Shown here piece by piece: positions 62,564 to 64,000 of a DNA stretch of 64,000 nucleotides. Under the pieces are notes generated by a model that saw only the letters and a program-made list of their open reading frames with translations, was not told the origin of the DNA and ran no database searches. Origin of the DNA: Clostridia bacterium (lineage in GTDB: Bacteria > Bacillota > Clostridia > Oscillospirales > SIG627); the NCBI GenBank assembly GCA_017414535.1, contig JAFQMA010000045.1, positions 3,054 to 67,053 of the forward strand. The letters are read 5' to 3'. A program made the position numbers and the translations under genes. The first letter of the stretch is position 1. The number at the start of each line of letters is the position of its first letter.

Positions 62564-63601
62564 ATGAATATTGGATTGATTACTTTTCATTGGGCAACCA
62601 ACCACGGTGCCATCCTCCAGACTTGGGCCACCGTGCGGTATTTGGAATCCTTGGGGCATAAGGTGTCCGTGATCGATTATTATCCGCCCGCCCTAAAGAC
62701 TTCGCTCAAAAGTGCCCTTCGTCCCTCAAGACACTGGCTTTCCCAATGGAAAACCTGGCGCAAGGAAAAGAAACTGGCCGTCTTTCGTGATCGACTCCCC
62801 TTGACGGAGCACTTCTCGTCCTTAAATGAATTAGGGCACGCCTCCCTTTCCTTTGACGCTGTTCTTTGCGGAAGCGATCAGATCTGGAATTATCATTTTC
62901 TTACAAGAGGAGAAGGAAGACCCACCCCCGCCTATTTCTTACCTTTTGTTCCCGATGAAACGAAAAAAATTGCGCTGGCGGTCAGCTTTGGCTGTGAGAG
63001 CTATCCCGAAAATGCCGCCGCCTTGGCCGCTCCCTTGATCGATCGGTTTTTCCGTGTAAGCGTACGAGAAAAAAGCGGCCTATCCATTTTAAGATCCATG
63101 GGGCAAAGCGGTGTTTTGGTTGCCGACCCCGTCAGCCTGATCCCCGCGGGGGATCTGAAACAATTTTGTTGTTGTGAGGCACCGTCTTCCTTCACCGCAA
63201 CTTGCATTTTAAGAAGTCAGCCCAAAGCGGTCAAACGGCGCATTCGCGCCCTGCTCCGTCGAGAGGGGCATCCCGTGCGGGATCTTTCCCTCCTTTCTAT
63301 GGAGGACTGGATAAGCGGGATTTGCCATGCCGAAACGGTGGTTACCAATTCCTTCCATTGCACGCTGATGTGCTTAAAGCTTCATACCCCCTTCTACGTT
63401 TTAACCGAGGAGGGAGCCCTTTCCGGCATGAATGACCGTTTGGTTTCTTTGCTTTCACGGTTCGGTCTGACGGATCGCATCGTTTCCTCCGATTCCATGC
63501 CCACGCCCTCTCCCATTTTCTGGGAGGCGGTGGATGAGGCTATGGAGCAGTACAGTGCCACTTTAAAGAACTTTATTCACGAGGCATTGATGAATGAATA
63601 A
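62564..63601 (+). CDS. Polysaccharide pyruvyl transferase family protein
   Basis: The N-terminus MNIGLITFHWATNHGAILQTWATVRYLESLGHKVSVIDYYP is characteristic of the family. SFHCTLMCL lies near the C-terminus. Confidence 0.85.
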   Translation: MNIGLITFHWATNHGAILQTWATVRYLESLGHKVSVIDYYPPALKTSLKSALRPSRHWLSQWKTWRKEKKLAVFRDRLPLTEHFSSLNELGHASLSFDAVLCGSDQIWNYHFLTRGEGRPTPAYFLPFVPDETKKIALAVSFGCESYPENAAALAAPLIDRFFRVSVREKSGLSILRSMGQSGVLVADPVSLIPAGDLKQFCCCEAPSSFTATCILRSQPKAVKRRIRALLRREGHPVRDLSLLSMEDWISGICHAETVVTNSFHCTLMCLKLHTPFYVLTEEGALSGMNDRLVSLLSRFGLTDRIVSSDSMPTPSPIFWEAVDEAMEQYSATLKNFIHEALMNE

Positions 63602-64000
63602 GTACAAAAAGCTGTTTGGTAATTCGTTGATCTTTACCGTTGCCTCCTTTGGAAGCAAGATTTTATCGTTCTTGTTCGTTCGGTTTTACACCGAACTGCT
63701 TTCCGTAGAAGAATACGGTATTATTGACGTTTTTACCACCACCTCCGGCCTTCTGTATCCCTTCCTGACCCTTAGCATCGTGGAGGCGGTGCTCCGCTTT
63801 TCCATTGATGACGAGGAAAACCGAAAAAAGACCTTTTCCTTAGGCTTTTTCACCGTCCTCGGCGGTAATCTGCTGTTGCTTTTCGCTTTGCCGCTTTTTG
63901 GCTTGAGTGAGATCTTCCGAGAGCACGCGATCATGCTGTTCTTCATTTCCTTTACCTCGGCCATGAACGTGATCTTTTCACACTTTTCCAGAGGATTGGG
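63594..64000 (+). CDS. wzx: Wzx-type oligosaccharide flippase (MOP superfamily), 3' end beyond the window
   Basis: ATG 63594 overlaps the upstream stop. MNKYKKLFGNSLIFTVASFGSKILSFLFVRFYTELLSVEEYGIIDVF is a typical flippase N-terminus. The frame stays open to the window end. Confidence 0.8.
   Translation, partial: MNKYKKLFGNSLIFTVASFGSKILSFLFVRFYTELLSVEEYGIIDVFTTTSGLLYPFLTLSIVEAVLRFSIDDEENRKKTFSLGFFTVLGGNLLLLFALPLFGLSEIFREHAIMLFFISFTSAMNVIFSHFSRGL

Noticed and set aside
1-64000. CRISPR arrays, rRNA operons, IS elements, integrases or prophage blocks
   Set aside because: I looked for regularly spaced direct repeats, conserved 16S/23S motifs, and transposase or integrase signatures (DDE, tyrosine or serine recombinase motifs) in the ORF translations. 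I found none. The only repeat structures are those reported as features.

Overview
GC-rich, gene-dense chromosomal window (G+C judged by eye to be well above 50%). It looks like a spore-forming Clostridia genome, possibly Oscillospiraceae/Ruminococcaceae-like. Supporting signs are a Firmicutes-type tRNA-Glu, a cotJA-cotJB-cotJC operon, a CotH protein, DegV, HU and many rho-independent terminators. I saw no rRNA, CRISPR array, transposase, integrase or prophage genes. Layout: (1) 1-19.2 kb holds metabolic and transport genes: FG-GAP protein, SDR, lipoprotein, OCD-family enzyme + GntR regulator, DMT transporter, LarA-family racemase + glycerate kinase, TIGR01212 radical SAM, tRNA-Glu, HAD, DegV, DMT, DUF4432 + CBM9-like, CPA2 antiporter, nitrilase-family hydrolase, SulP. 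(2) 19.3-20.7 kb is a visibly AT-rich single-gene islet (XRE-HTH + T5orf172/GIY-YIG-like) sitting in the 3' end of cotJC, bracketed by a duplicated cotJC 3' end and terminator. (3) 20.6-22.0 kb is the cotJ operon, whose CotJA has a Cys-rich repeat extension. (4) 22-31.5 kb holds a ZIP transporter, HU, a CapD-type sugar dehydratase, a PrsA-like lipoprotein, an M23/G5 peptidase, CapA and ComEC. (5) 31.7-42.5 kb holds two tandem ~1,290-aa GGTF-repeat (beta-helix-like) paralogs, then a 62-aa ORF translationally coupled to a membrane-anchored CotH-domain protein. I rate this the best candidate for an undescribed system. (6) 42.5-48.8 kb holds nth, a P-loop kinase, an acyl-AMP ligase + stand-alone ACP, trmL, a leaderless DUF11 protein with a sigma-K-like promoter shared with cotJA, and an Fe-S aldo/keto reductase. 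(7) 48.9-64 kb is a Wzx/Wzy polysaccharide locus with glf, a pyruvyl transferase, an aminotransferase + small PglC-like priming transferase (a PSA-like zwitterionic signature) and a decarboxylase/SDR/ATP-grasp cassette. Many long ORFs in the supplied track are antisense shadows of the real genes, as expected in GC-rich DNA, and were not called. All functional calls rest on motifs I recognise by eye; no database search was run.
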